Source: Amoebidium appalachense (Eukaryota > Protista > Ichthyosporea). From it: a DNA stretch of 64,000 nt. The notes under the pieces are model-generated. The model searched no databases and was not told where the DNA came from. It worked only from the letters and a program-made list of their open reading frames with translations. The position numbers were made by a program, and so were the translations under genes. Position 1 is the stretch's first letter. Every line of letters starts with the position of its first letter. Shown here piece after piece: positions 1-63,753 of the stretch. The DNA lies in assembly GCA_963693365.1 (NCBI GenBank), contig CAVNZM010000007.1, positions 1,039,979 through 1,103,978 on the forward strand. Reading direction: 5' to 3'.

Positions 1-66
1 TCTATTAAAATCCCCCATTCCACGGTTCTTCTAGTACCGTACCTCACCAGTGTGTGTTAATATCAG

Positions 67-51692
<51,626 letters not shown>

Positions 51693-51954
51693 GCCAGATA
51701 TTCTTGTGGTTGGTCATATCTACAAACGGAATCTCTCAACGGCCGTATGCACCGGAAGAGAGTGAGGGAGGGAGGGAAAGAGAGACTCGAGCTCATGACG
51801 GGGCCAGGATCTACTTCGATGAATTACGTAATGTCATAATTTTTATCTGTTGGTTATGTAAAAAAAAACAGATTGTCTCAAACTTCAGGTCATAAACAGT
51901 GTTGACAGGCCTTCTGCTACTCACATCTGCGCGGTTTGTGCATTTCATTCCCCC

Positions 51955-52012
<58 letters not shown>

Positions 52013-52842
52013 AGTGTTTGTTTTTCAGTATGATAAGGAATTGAATGAACGGTGATAACACTTTTACTTTGGTTGCCGTTTTAACTCTGCAGGCGCTGTT
52101 ACATCCGAAATTTAAATAAAAAAAACCCGACTGTAAGCATTTATGAAGATTATATATGATGATGGCTGTATTTTAAATTTTGTTTCGCATATTCTAATTT
52201 TTGTTTTTTGTGTAGCCATTGGATTGTGGTTCTTTGTGGTGTATTACACTGTCAGGCCAGCCCAAGCTCACTTTACTTCATTTTGCAGGCTAGTTATACC
52301 GTTTGTGCACACGTATGCCCTCGATGGGAAACATGAATAAAATGTGAATAAGGTGCAAATAATTTGTGAATAATCCAATTTTAGTTACGCTGAATCATTC
52401 CAACCCTTTGAAAAGCTGTTCACGTGCACGCCCATGGTGCATGTGGTTCCAGAAACAGTCTATACTTGCATTACAGCATAGCACGTTTACGTCGCGACGT
52501 CGGATGGCCTGTCAAAATCAAACAAACAACAATTTGAAGTAACGAATTGCATGCACCACCATCGTTTCTATCCCGTGATCATAAGTTGCTAAAGTTAGTC
52601 GGTTTCCATAAATGATATGCGTGTTTGCACTGTGGCATATATGTGTGTGATCTGCTATAATTGTGGCAGTTTAAAATCTCTAGCAGGCTGCAATTATTTT
52701 GGGTATAGCGGACATATAATCATATGTGCCAGACCAGAAAATCTTCCAGGACAACGGTACCCGTGCAATTAGTGTTTCAACTTTGTGCTGGCCTTTTGCG
52801 GGAACTGCGAAAAATTATGTAGGTACACGTACTTGTGTGCAG

Positions 52843-53109
52843 GCATGGCTGAAAGTGATTATGGAGGCAGCCTCGACGAGTCTGTGTTTGAAGCCATGCA
52901 GAACAAGGAGGTGGTACAGCGGGAGTTGGCAGAGGGCCTGCCGGTGGCCAAGAGGGGAATCCGGAGGCTAGGGGCGGATTGGCGGGCGGAGGAGGAGCAG
53001 CCCCGTGCCACGCATAGTGAGGGACACAGAGCTACGGACACACACCCATCGAGATACGACCACCGAGCCCACCGACTGAAGAGTTGTTGAAACGTGCCTA
53101 TGAGCCCGG
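52843..53109 (+). pseudogene. Orphan coding-like fragment of unknown origin
   Basis: TGCAG|GC acceptor-like site, then MAESDYGGSLDESVFEAMQNKEVVQRELAEGLPVAKRGIRRLG…; a shifted frame continues …IEIRPPSPPTEELLKRAYEPG before GTGAAT. No family recognised. Confidence 0.3.
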
Positions 53110-54213
53110 GTGAATGGGTGGGTCGTCCGCACAAGTCACCACTTGCATAGACAACAGAAAACACATCACTGAGGCGCGCATGTGAATATATATGCTATGT
53201 TTAAAACATGATAGGATCCTCAAGGGAGTATCGATTTTCACAAAATTTACGGTCACAACAGTCAATTGAATGGAGAATTCTTCCTCGAGACTTCCGGCGG
53301 CTACTTGCACACACAAAAAGAAATTTAACCTATTGGGTGCCAACCACTGATCGATAATCATAACAAGCACAACCGATTTTCACTAACTCTTCTTCCTGAC
53401 AACAAGGTGCTTATGGTGGGGCCGGGGCCAGAGAAATGAGGTCCAAAAGGTAATCACGCAGGTGCCGTGCAACTAGTACTTGCATGATACATAATGCAGC
53501 AGATGGGCACTTGGGCAAGGATAACTGGGGGACTGATTGTATTACCGTATCATAGCACATCAGATTCTGCCGTTTCATTATAAATTGTTATTGAAATAAT
53601 TCTTAAATTATATTCAATGAAGCCAAGCCAGAAAGACGAGGAGAGAGGGAAGGAAGAGGTTGGTGGATAACGGTGTGGGTAGCTAGCTGTTGGGGGGAAG
53701 GGGAGGGGAGAGGGGGGGAGGAAGGGGGGCTTGGGGGGGGGGGGGGGGGGGGGGGGGTTAAAGAGAATATTGGGCGGGTATTCCCAATTTGGGTAGGTAA
53801 GTGGTTGGGGGAAACGTTGGTGGGTAAGTGGGTTTGGAAGTGGGTGGGTGGGTAGGAGGGGAAGAAGGGGGAGGAGGGGAGGGGGGGGGGAAAGGGGGGG
53901 GTCTCAAAAGCAGCTATGATTTTCGATCAAAATGTTCATAACCATTCATTCCATGAAAACCGCACACACGCGGCATAATGTACAGTGGTGGCCAGAGCTT
54001 TAACAACCCTGTTAGTTAGAATTTCCTGCATTACGGCCAAATATGTACATTAGGAGATGATTATTGTAATCTTTAATTATATTGCTCTGCCGGTCTTACG
54101 TTCATAGAAGTCATCACCGCAGTTACCGAACCAAACTTTAAAGTAAAAGGTAAAACTAAAATGACAAACCCGGGGCTTTTCTCCTAACAAGTGATGTGAT
54201 GTGCATGATACTG

Positions 54214-54284
<71 letters not shown>

Positions 54285-54386
54285 ATGCGTGCACACGTGC
54301 GTGTATGTGTATGTCCGCGTGTGTATGTGCATGTGCATATTTACCCACCTAATCCATGTGTGTACATGTATAATACATACATTCGA

Positions 54387-55874
54387 CTAATCTGTGCGCC
54401 TACGCTTTAAACCCCTCTTTCTAGGCCTCCACATAACCACCGACCCATCATAGCACCCCCCCACCACAATATTACCCTTTGCAGCCAAACACGAAACAAA
54501 CCATTCGATTGGTTCAAGCATCAAGCTCCCTTCTCCGCTTAAAGGCAACACACCAACCGCGTGGCACGCGGTTTGCTTTAACTCCCCCTGTTCATCCACT
54601 CTCTCGCGTGTATGCGCTTTAACAACGAGTAACATATCATCAATAGACCCCAAAAAGAAATCATAATCCTTTGGCGCAATAGAACACACTTCCAGAACAC
54701 CACTTTCTACATTGCATGTGAGCATTTTCTCCGATGCTGCGCCCACCACTAACACCAACCTATCTTGCATAGTTACCACTTTTGTTATCACCGCCTCGCT
54801 ATTCACTACACGCACCAAATTCCCATCATCTACACTATACAAGGCCAAACCATCCCTATGATCCGTGACAATACACCCACCCACAATCCCGACGTAATTC
54901 GACAAGTGGCTATATGGTTGGCCTAAATGGATATCATAATTTCCATTAGGCTCCACCCCATTCAATCTCCAAACGCGCACCAATCTCTGCGATCCAGCCC
55001 TCCCGATCGCAGCGATAAATCCTTCTTTCACCGCCATCCCTCTAACACCCCCGGGGTGACTTAACGTCTGCGCACATTCCAACCCGGAATTTGCACCGTC
55101 ACCCCCATTTTCCCCGTTATTTCCCGCTCCGGGCCCCCCCCCTGCCTCCATATCTTCACGTTCAAATCCATCGACCCGGAAATTCCGTATCCGTTTAGCA
55201 ATTTCACAGAACAAACGACTTTTTGGTGGCCGTCGGCGCAGCCAATCAAATTACCCTCCGGGCACCCCCACATTCTCACCTTCCCGTCGGAATGTCCGCA
55301 GAATATTCTCGAACCGTCCGTGTCGACAGAAAGAACGACTTTTTGGTGCCCTTGCAACACGTGAATCGTGCTTCCGTATTCATATTCCGCAACGAGCGTA
55401 GATTCGCCCCATGGGTGCGGAATACAAAAATAGTCGAATTCATTCGCCAAATGCTCCATTTTTGCTTCATCCGTCAAATCGAGGTGCATTTTCCTTCCGT
55501 CCCTCAAATATCCCAGTACAATTTCGAACATATTCGGGTCTCTGTCGATAAACACGTGCCCATTGCCATCTCGCACGAGTGTGTGTCTACCGCTGAACCA
55601 AGCCGCAAGCATTGATCCCTTGATCTTGCACAATGTCTTCTGGGTGGTTTGAAAAATTCTACCCCCTACGTTGAGGGTTACGATATCTTCGGGTGAAAAA
55701 CTGTTCTCGGCAACAAACGACGCCTCCTTGGCAAGTTGCTGCCTGTGTGTGTTTATGTGTTTTTGTTTTTGTTTGTTTTTTTTGGTGGTGGAGGAAAAAA
55801 AAAAGGGGGGGGGGGGGGGGAGAAGAGGGAGAGGGGGGAGGGGGGGGGAGGGGGGGGGGGGATTTGTGGACGGT

Positions 55875-55964
<90 letters not shown>

Positions 55965-56828
55965 GGGGGGGGGAGGAAGGGGGTATGGTCAGCAGAGGGC
56001 GCAGCGGAAAAACAAAACGTGCCAAGGAGTAGACACGATTGAAGGAGCAGCAAGGGAAGAGCCTGCATATGTTGGATAATATGGTGTCCGCGAAGGGTTG
56101 GAGGGGGGGGGGGGGGGGGGGGGGGGAAGAAAAAGAAAGGGGGGGGGGAGGAAGAGGGACGGGGGGGGGGGGGGGGGGAAGGGGGGTGGGGTGGGGGGAG
56201 GGGAGGGAACAGAGAAGAGGGAGATGACGGGGGGGGGGGGGGGGGGGGGGGGGAAAGAAAGAGCGGGGTGGGGCGGATGTCATGCAAAGTAGTGCCTAAA
56301 GGAAATCAAACACGCAATGGACAAACGGTGGGAACAGAAGCGGGAGTGAGTGACCAGGGTAGAATATACTAGGGGAAGGAGAGCGCATGGGAGGGAAAAG
56401 TGGGGAAGGGGGGGAGAGGGGGAGGGGGGGGGGGGCAATACTAGACAGCAGAAATTATGCATGTACCACTATGATATGCACTGCAGGATCATATTTCATG
56501 TCTAGAATGTTCACAATCCAGCTTTTCTCGGTTCCGTCCTCCCCGCTCCCCCCTCCCCCTCCCACGCACAAACACACACACCCCTGCGCGCAGCTATTTG
56601 TACCTCCCCCGGTAATGCCCCTTTCAGATATGTCCATACAATCTTGCACGTGCAGAAGGACTGTGGTGCGTGCGCACTGTGTGTGTGTGCGTGCCGGCGC
56701 CCGCGCCCGCGCCCCGCGCGCGCGCGCGCGCGTGTGTGCCACGTGTGTGTGCGTGTGTGGGTGTGTGTATGTGTGTGCGTGCATGCACGCGCTCAAGTGA
56801 ATCTACGTGTCCGGGGTTGTTTTTTTTT

Positions 56829-56859
<31 letters not shown>

Positions 56860-57643
56860 GGGGAAGGGGAATGGGCAGGGGAAAGGGAACTATCTGCAAG
56901 GCTCAAAAAGCAACGGAGTTGTACTAGGCTAAGGGCAAGACTCCAGCAAGAAAACAAAGAAGACTGAACAAGCATGAACTGATGAGTAACAGCCGCCATT
57001 AAACAAGAGAATAGGACAAGGCAGGGAGGGAGGTGACGAGGAAAGAAATTGGTGGACGTTTGCTTTGACCGTTGGAGGTCGGGGGGAGGGAGGGAGGGGG
57101 GAGCATGAAACATGGTATGGAACAGTGGGTGGGAACGTAGACGGGGGGGGGGGGGGGGGGGGGAGGGGGAACGATAAGAACGGGAAGGACAGAGGCGGCG
57201 TGGTTGGCAGGGGAGGGAGGGAGGGACGGGAGGGAGGGGAGGGAGAGAGGGGAGGGAGGGGGGGGGGAGAAGCGAGAGGGGGCGGGGGAGGGGACGGGGG
57301 GGGGGGGGGGGGACTCGGCTGGAGGGTGAGAGGGACGGTCAAGCAATGCGTGATGCAACATAAAACGGCAAAGGGAGGGAGGAAAACAACGGCAAGAAAC
57401 GGCAAGCAGAGAGGAAGGGGGGGGGGGGGGGGAAGGGTGACGTTGTTACCTCCACGCCTCAAGCACGCTCCTTTCTGCGCTCAGCCTCTCCCTCTCTGCC
57501 TGCAGTCTATCCGCCTCCTCTGCAAGCTGCAACACCAACCCATCCACGGCCGCTAGGGTCTGCACCTGAACCTGTGCCTGTGCGCTTAGCGAAGTGCGCA
57601 GTACACGTATGTGCTCACCCACAGGGGGTTCCAAGGGCTCCAT
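54387..57643 (-). CDS. Coiled-coil + KCTD-type BTB/POZ + WD40-repeat protein, 2 exons (57643-57450, 55742-54387), apparent 1-nt frameshift in the G run at 55134-55142
   Basis: Good Kozak context (CAACCATGG). Exon 1 MEPLEPP…EADRLQAERERLSAERSVLEAW ends AG|GTAACA; acceptor ACACACAG|G is phase-compatible. BTB: IVTLNVGGRIFQTTQKTL…SMLAAWFSGR…FIDRDPNMFEIVLGYLRDG. WD40: GHQKVVLSV…GHSDGKVRMW, GHQKVVCSV…SGSMDLNVKIW, GGCYDGSVVMW. Basic tail RPRKRGLKRRRTD*. Confidence 0.85.
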
Positions 57644-58052
57644 GGTTGCTGGAAGATTCTAAAAAGCCCCTTCACCATCAGCCGAGAAAATGGCGCCACA
57701 GAACACGTTTGCCCTATCAGTCTCTGAACGTATTGATCCGCGCACTGAGCGAGTTTGAGTCTGCCGGGGATCATTGCACTTTATTTTAGACATCAAACTG
57801 CTTTTCGATTGCTTTATGGCCGGTCTGATGATGAGGGCTGCCGTCCCGTGTACTGCAGCTGGGCCGCAAATCGTTGATTTGGGAAATCCAGATTTTCTAA
57901 ACTTCGTAGTGATGGCCATATTGGGAGATCGAAGTGATCACCCAATAGGCACAGTAGCAGCTTTTTAGGGTACTATAAAAAGCGGGTGATGGCTAAATCA
58001 CCCTCACTTTTTGTCCCCCGTCGCTGCTCTCTCTAGCAGTGACGGTTGGTGA

Positions 58053-58454
58053 TTAGGTAGCAATCTTGCCGGCGGCGCCCCCGCTGGGGGGAGGCCCACG
58101 GCCCCCTGCCCCTTTTCCGTCCATGCCCCCACGTGGGGCACCACCATCGCTGCCACCGGCCCCCTTGGCACGCTGCACCAGGTTGAGCTCGGCCTCTTTC
58201 TTTCTTGCCTCCGCAAAGGCCCTGGACCATCTTGACGAGAGCTGGGGGTAATAGTCGCGCTCCATATTGGCCCGCACGACCTGGGCAAACGCACCACCCT
58301 CAGTAGCCCTGATGTGCCGGTAAGTCACACGGTCGCCTACCAGGGTGAGGACGACCGGCGGTGCCTCGCGGCAGTAGTGCCGCACCCCCGGCCAGTGGGC
58401 CAGGGCACTTGCGGCGGGCAGTGCGCTCGTCGCCTCTTGTATATTACTGTACAT
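58053..58454 (-). CDS. Hypothetical intronless 133-aa protein with Gly-rich basic tail
   Basis: GC-rich non-repetitive ORF with natural-looking composition (…AFAQVVRANMERDYYPQLSSRWSRAFAEARKKEAELNLVQRAKG…); no family recognised. Confidence 0.5.
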   Translation of the reverse strand: MYSNIQEATSALPAASALAHWPGVRHYCREAPPVVLTLVGDRVTYRHIRATEGGAFAQVVRANMERDYYPQLSSRWSRAFAEARKKEAELNLVQRAKGAGGSDGGAPRGGMDGKGAGGRGPPPSGGAAGKIAT

Positions 58455-58476
58455 TAGTGTGGGGGAATATTAAATC

Positions 58477-58785
58477 ATGTTGCATGCGTTTAAAAATTTC
58501 TATTATCCGCCCGTGCCGGCCCAACGGCCAGTCCCTGCGCCGCAGCCAGGCCCAGTCAACAACCAGCCAGACCCTGCGCCCGAACCGCCACAGCCGGCCC
58601 CCGCAGCCGCTACCCTCCCTCCTCCGCCCCCGGCCAGGCCGGCTGCCCCGGCGCCAACGCCGGTGCCGGTGGGCCGTTGCAGGCCCCTGCCCTGGGCAAC
58701 TTCCAGGAGTGGAAGGCAGCTGTGGTGGCCAGTATGCCGGGAGGGGTTCGGGCCGAGGCCAGTTTGTTGCTGTAAAATTGTATAA
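58477..58785 (+). CDS. Hypothetical intronless proline-rich protein; probable 1-nt frameshift near 58671, alternative stop at 58775
   Basis: MLHAFKNFYYPPVPAQRPVPAPQPGP…PTPVPVG; adding one G gives …PLQAPALGNFQEWKAAVVASMPGGVRAEASLLL*. The prolines come from mixed codons, not poly-C. Confidence 0.45.
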   Translation: MLHAFKNFYYPPVPAQRPVPAPQPGPVNNQPDPAPEPPQPAPAAATLPPPPPARPAAPAPTPVPVGRCRPLPWATSRSGRQLWWPVCREGFGPRPVCCCKIV

Positions 58786-58914
58786 GTATTTGGGACGGAA
58801 GCAGAGACACAGTGGTGCAGTGTAAAAACACCACAGACACACAACAACAAAACACGGAACGATCGGAGCAGTGTACACAACAGACATCAATGTTTAGACA
58901 CTCGGCGACTGAAA

Positions 58915-58972
58915 TCAAGTATCATGCGAGATCGAAATAAATTAATTTATTTCGATCTCGCATGATACTTGA
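58915..58972. repeat. Perfect 58-bp palindrome
   Basis: TCAAGTATCATGCGAGATCGAAATAAATT|AATTTATTTCGATCTCGCATGATACTTGA, 29-bp arms with no spacer or mismatch; a second 11-bp-stem hairpin lies at 58998-59021. Confidence 0.97.
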
Positions 58973-59133
58973 AATTCCCTTAAGTCAAATCCATACATGA
59001 TTTCCGACCAGTCGGAAATCAGGTCTATGTCTAAAGTAACCAATCACAATTAATCAAGGAACTCGGCTGCCCCATGCTTGCTCCGACTCCGGTGTATTGT
59101 GACAACCAGTCGACCATTGCCATCGTCAACAGA

Positions 59134-59166
<33 letters not shown>

Positions 59167-59471
59167 TGTGTGTGTGTGTATGTGTGAAAGTTTTTATTAG
59201 TGTGTGGTGTGTCTGTGAGTGAAAGAGACCAAGAGAGAGAGAGATGGAGAAAAGAATGTGCACGTGTGTGTCTGGGTGTGTGGGGTGGTGGTTGTTGATT
59301 GTTACAGACCTGATTACTCGTATATAGTGACATACACTGAGGTCCGCACACACGTATGGGCAAATACCTGCCTCACTCGGATTGCCACGGCACTCTAGTT
59401 AGCTCCCAGCCTCCATGCACTCTACACCGCCTCCTTTCTTCTATTCCCTACCCTCTCTCTGTTGTAAACAG

Positions 59472-60910
59472 ACACCAACGAGTGCACGGTCAACACACGC
59501 ATAACTGCGCCAGCGGCCAGGCCACGTGCAGCAACACGGTTGGCTCGTTCACCTGCGCCTGCAACACGGGCTACACCGACACAGGCACCACGTGTGCAGG
59601 TGGGTTCCCGCTGATCCATACGTGTCCCGTGCTGGTTTAAAAAAAAAATCGGTGCAAATGTTTATCCCGTTTTTTTTTTTTTTTTTCCCCACACAGGCGC
59701 AGCATCCTCGCCATGTTGTGTAGAGAACATCGAGCAAACAACACCAAAAATCGCGCACTTTGCTTGCACACACGGGCCCGCACACACCCTCACACACATG
59801 ATACTTAAAGTGGACATGCCCTGTGTGTGTGTGTGTGTGTACGGTGTGTGTGTGTGTGTGTGTGTTTTGTGTGTGTGTGGGGGGGGGGGGGGGGGGGGGG
59901 GGGAGTGCGATACAAAAGCGCAAGCATACCAGCATACCTGTGGAAGAAACACACTACGGCATACGAACCATTCAACACACCCAGACGCACGCATACACAC
60001 ACACAAAACACTGACACAACAATCACAAAAAACGTCCCCCCATAAATACAGGGACTACAATTTCACCATTAAAGCCTCCACCTGATGTATAACCGAGTGG
60101 CCTACCAGGGCTAGGCTTTGACTCGTTTACTAAGCATATTACAAAGCTTTTTTTTTGAGGGGGGGGGGGGGGGGGGGGGGAGGGGGGTAGGAGAGAGAAG
60201 GAGAGAAGGCCAAAACAAAGAGAAAAATGCCGAAGAAACCTAAACTCTGCCCATTGCCAACAGAGACCAACGAGTGTACCCTCAAAACGCACAACTGCGA
60301 CACCAATGCGGCATGCAGCAACACGGTTGGCTCTTTTTCCTGCGCCTGCAACACGGGTTTTGTTGGCAGCGGTATCACAGGCTCGTGCACGGCAAGCACT
60401 ACACCTGGTACGGCACAGAAAATTTGGAATACATGCAACACACGCATATGTATATGCACACGCGCGCGCACACACACAGGCACTTATGCACGCACGGGGA
60501 GAAACTGTGCAAGAGAGAGAGAGAGAGAGAAGGGAGAGAGAGAAAGGGAGAGAATTCTGAAAGAAAAGAGAGAATGCGTGTGTATGTGTCTATGTCTGTG
60601 TCTGGTTGTGTGGGTTGGTGCGTGTGGGTCGCTCCAGGCCTGTTCACTAACACGCATGTAGTGACTTAGAAGACTTGGTTTATAATCATCCTAGCTAGGG
60701 AGTTCCCAGCATCCATACAGAGTGACTTCACCCCTCCTTCAAATATCAACTACTACAGTAGTACTCACCGTCTCTCTGTTGTAAACAGATGCCAACGAAT
60801 GCACGCTCAACACACACAACTGCCCCACACGGCCACGTGCAGCAATACGGTTGGCTCGTTCACCTGTGCCTGCAACACGGGCTACACCGGCACAGGCACC
60901 ACGTGTGCAG
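59472..60910 (+). pseudogene. Three phase-1/1 calcium-binding EGF exons (59472-59599, 60264-60407, 60789-60910), two frameshifted; possible further exon 61319-61536
   Basis: [37 protein letters not shown] (intact, 144 nt); [42 protein letters not shown] (128 nt, +2); [40 protein letters not shown] (122 nt, -1). All are bounded by AG/GT; no start exon found. Confidence 0.75.
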
Positions 60911-61048
60911 GTGGGTGAAACTTCCCTAGGTTATCCATGCTAGGTCACAGAACTGTTACACGAGCGACGTTTTTGTTTGAAATTCACACTCATGCATGCG
61001 TTGTGCTGTGGCCATATTCCGTTTTTTTGCGGGGGAGGGGGGAGGGCG

Positions 61049-61085
<37 letters not shown>

Positions 61086-61642
61086 GATAAAAACCTTTTT
61101 ATTTGTGTGAAAAAGAAAGCAACACAAAAAATCATGACATGCGGTGTGCACACACATTCACATGCAGAGGGGACAATGTGCTGTCTTGGGACTGGAGGGG
61201 TGGAGGGGGGGGAGGGGGGGGAGGGGGGGGTGGATACATGTGAATGCGTGTGGAAGAAACACGTACTGCTGCACATACACTTGCTACATGTGCGCACTTC
61301 AACGGTGCACACCTACAGGTACGCACCGGCGTGCACACAGACAGCAAGCACAACAATCGCAAAACACACCGCCCACATCTCCTTTACAATCAGTGTCTAT
61401 ACTTGCACCATTCAAACTCTCCGACTCCGAAGGCATAAGAAGGAGTATACCGAATGTGACTCTCTCTTCCAAGGCTTTCAATAAAGCTCCAGAATGTTAT
61501 CAAGGGGAGAAGGTCCTTGCCGTGAGGGTTTCTGGGGTAAGGTGGAGGTATCATTGCCCTCACCAACCCCCCTTCTCCCCACCCCCCACCCCCCACCCCC
61601 GGGTGCCGCGAACGTTTCTGGCAGGGTAGGGGCCTGGGCGGT

Positions 61643-61729
<87 letters not shown>

Positions 61730-62648
61730 CTACACTTCATGACACTGTCACGGTGTCGTATGTCGTAAAAACACTGCCCAGAGCATGACATTTGCGCAAA
61801 CCTATTTTAACATTGTTTACCATCGCTGTGCGTTATCTAGGGGATTGCGAGTTAGCTGAGTTGGGGCCACATCAGATAGTCTACTAAGATGTGTAGTACA
61901 TTTTGTGACGGTCGGGGCGAGCAGGGAGAGGGAGGGGGAGGAGGGGGTTGGGGAAGGAGGGAGTGTGAGGGTGGGGTGAGGGGGAGGTGGGGGGGTAAAG
62001 AAGTAGAGCTTGGTAGAGATTTTGTTTTTCACTTTGCGTTTTTTGGTCTTGTGGTTTGAAGTTGTTCCATTTTGGTTTTGATCACAACTTCTTTTTTCGT
62101 GTTCTACACGGCTTCTTGTACGTTGGCTTTAGCTTTGAAGATCAAACACGTGACTTGCACGCATGCGCAAATCATACACACCAACACACACGCACACAAC
62201 TCGCACACACCCCCCCACACACATCCTATAGCTCTTGCGCTTTAACCATACACAAACTTTAAATTTTAGCTGTCCCTACAGTGTAAAGTTTCACGGAGAT
62301 CGGCCATCTCCAAACCCCTTCTCAGTTTCATTTTGTGTTGGACCGGTCACGGTGTGTGCAGACGTGTGTGTGACTGTGTCCGTGCACGCACGCACAAGTG
62401 TATGTGTATATGTGTGCGTGTCCGTGTATGTGTGCGCGCTGGGGTTGTGTGTGGGTGTATGCATGCATGCGTGTGTGCACGGGTGCGTGCGTGCATACGT
62501 GTGTGTGAGCGTGCGTGCGCGTGCGCGCGTGTCTGTGTGTCTGTCTGTGTGTGTGTGTGTGTGGTGTGTGTGTGTGGTGTCTGTGTGTGCGTCCACACCT
62601 GCGCGTGTGTGTTCTAAGATTTTTTGATTTCTTTTCGCTTTGTTCCTG

Positions 62649-62693
<45 letters not shown>

Positions 62694-63417
62694 GGGGGCT
62701 TTGGGATTCTTCATGGGAACCGATCCGTCTTTCACTAAGCACCGACTGCACCCTAGCCATGGTGCTAATGGTGCTGCAGCAATCAGCAAATAATACACCT
62801 ATACCAATCCTAACTAATAGTACACCGTATCATTTAATCCAGGGTTTTTGCCCCAGCCTTGCTAGTAGGGATTTTGTTCTAGTAGAAGTGTGCACATGTG
62901 TGTGTGTGCGTGGGCAGATGTACGTGTGTGCGTGGCACTGCGGTCGCATGTGTGTGCGGGCATGCATGTAGCATGTGTACCACGGTGCGTTAAGAGACAG
63001 AGGGGGGAGTGGGGGGGGGGGGGGGGGGGGAGGAGGGGGGGGGGGGGGGGGGGGGGGGTCATGAAAGCAGCCGGGAGCACCAGCCCTTGGAATACAATGG
63101 GATTTTATAATTGGACATGACTGGGAAGTTTATTAATTGCTCACAACAAGTTTCCTTAGCATCGGCCCTGCCAAGCACAAAAGTCTCGGTTTAAGCACCA
63201 TCATCCACATACCAAACACGTATGATATCAAATACGTGTCAATGATTTCAATCAATACAGACAAGTGCAAGTCTTCGCTTTCGTAAATTTAAATATAAAG
63301 GGTTTTAAGCAAACGGACACTGGCCAAACGTGCATCTCGGAGGAAGGGAAAAACCCTGGCCGTTTAAACTATCGTATACCCTGCCAGTTACCCTGGTGTT
63401 TCTTTCATACGGCGCAC

Positions 63418-63753
63418 CTAGCGGCCACCACCGCGACCTCCACAACTCCTGCCCCCGCTGCCCTTGATGCACTTCGTCTGTTTGGCTGCGAGCATTTTCT
63501 TGGTGGGCACCACAGACTCGGACGCGGAGGGCGCCAACTCGGGATAGCCGCCCATTTCAATCACTCGCTGCTTCTCCTCTGCACTCTGCCGTGCTCTCTG
63601 GAGCGCCTTCCTTTGGTGCTGTCTGCTTTCTCTCCGCTCGTCTCTCTCGTTCTTTCTGTTGATGTACCTCTCACTCTTAGCCATGACGTATTCTTGGACA
63701 GTTTCGCTGTGCAGACTGTCTGCCCACGGACCCCTTACACGGTTATTCGCCAT
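63418..63753 (-). CDS. Hypothetical intronless 111-aa basic protein with a charged helix and RGG-like tail
   Basis: Perfect Kozak CCACCATGG; TATATAAA about 135 nt upstream; non-repetitive ORF MANNRVRGPWADSLHSETVQEYVMAKSERYINRKNERDERRE…GGRSCGGRGGGR*. Confidence 0.5.
   Translation of the reverse strand: MANNRVRGPWADSLHSETVQEYVMAKSERYINRKNERDERRESRQHQRKALQRARQSAEEKQRVIEMGGYPELAPSASESVVPTKKMLAAKQTKCIKGSGGRSCGGRGGGR

Noticed and set aside
57659-57919. 86-aa minus-strand ORF upstream of the BTB gene
   Set aside because: No recognisable motif or splice link; probably a chance ORF in the promoter or 5' UTR
63308-63420. GRVYDSLNG in another minus frame, reminiscent of the lead-in to zf-4CXXC_R1 domains
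   Set aside because: The required CHQCRQK and later CXXC pairs are absent
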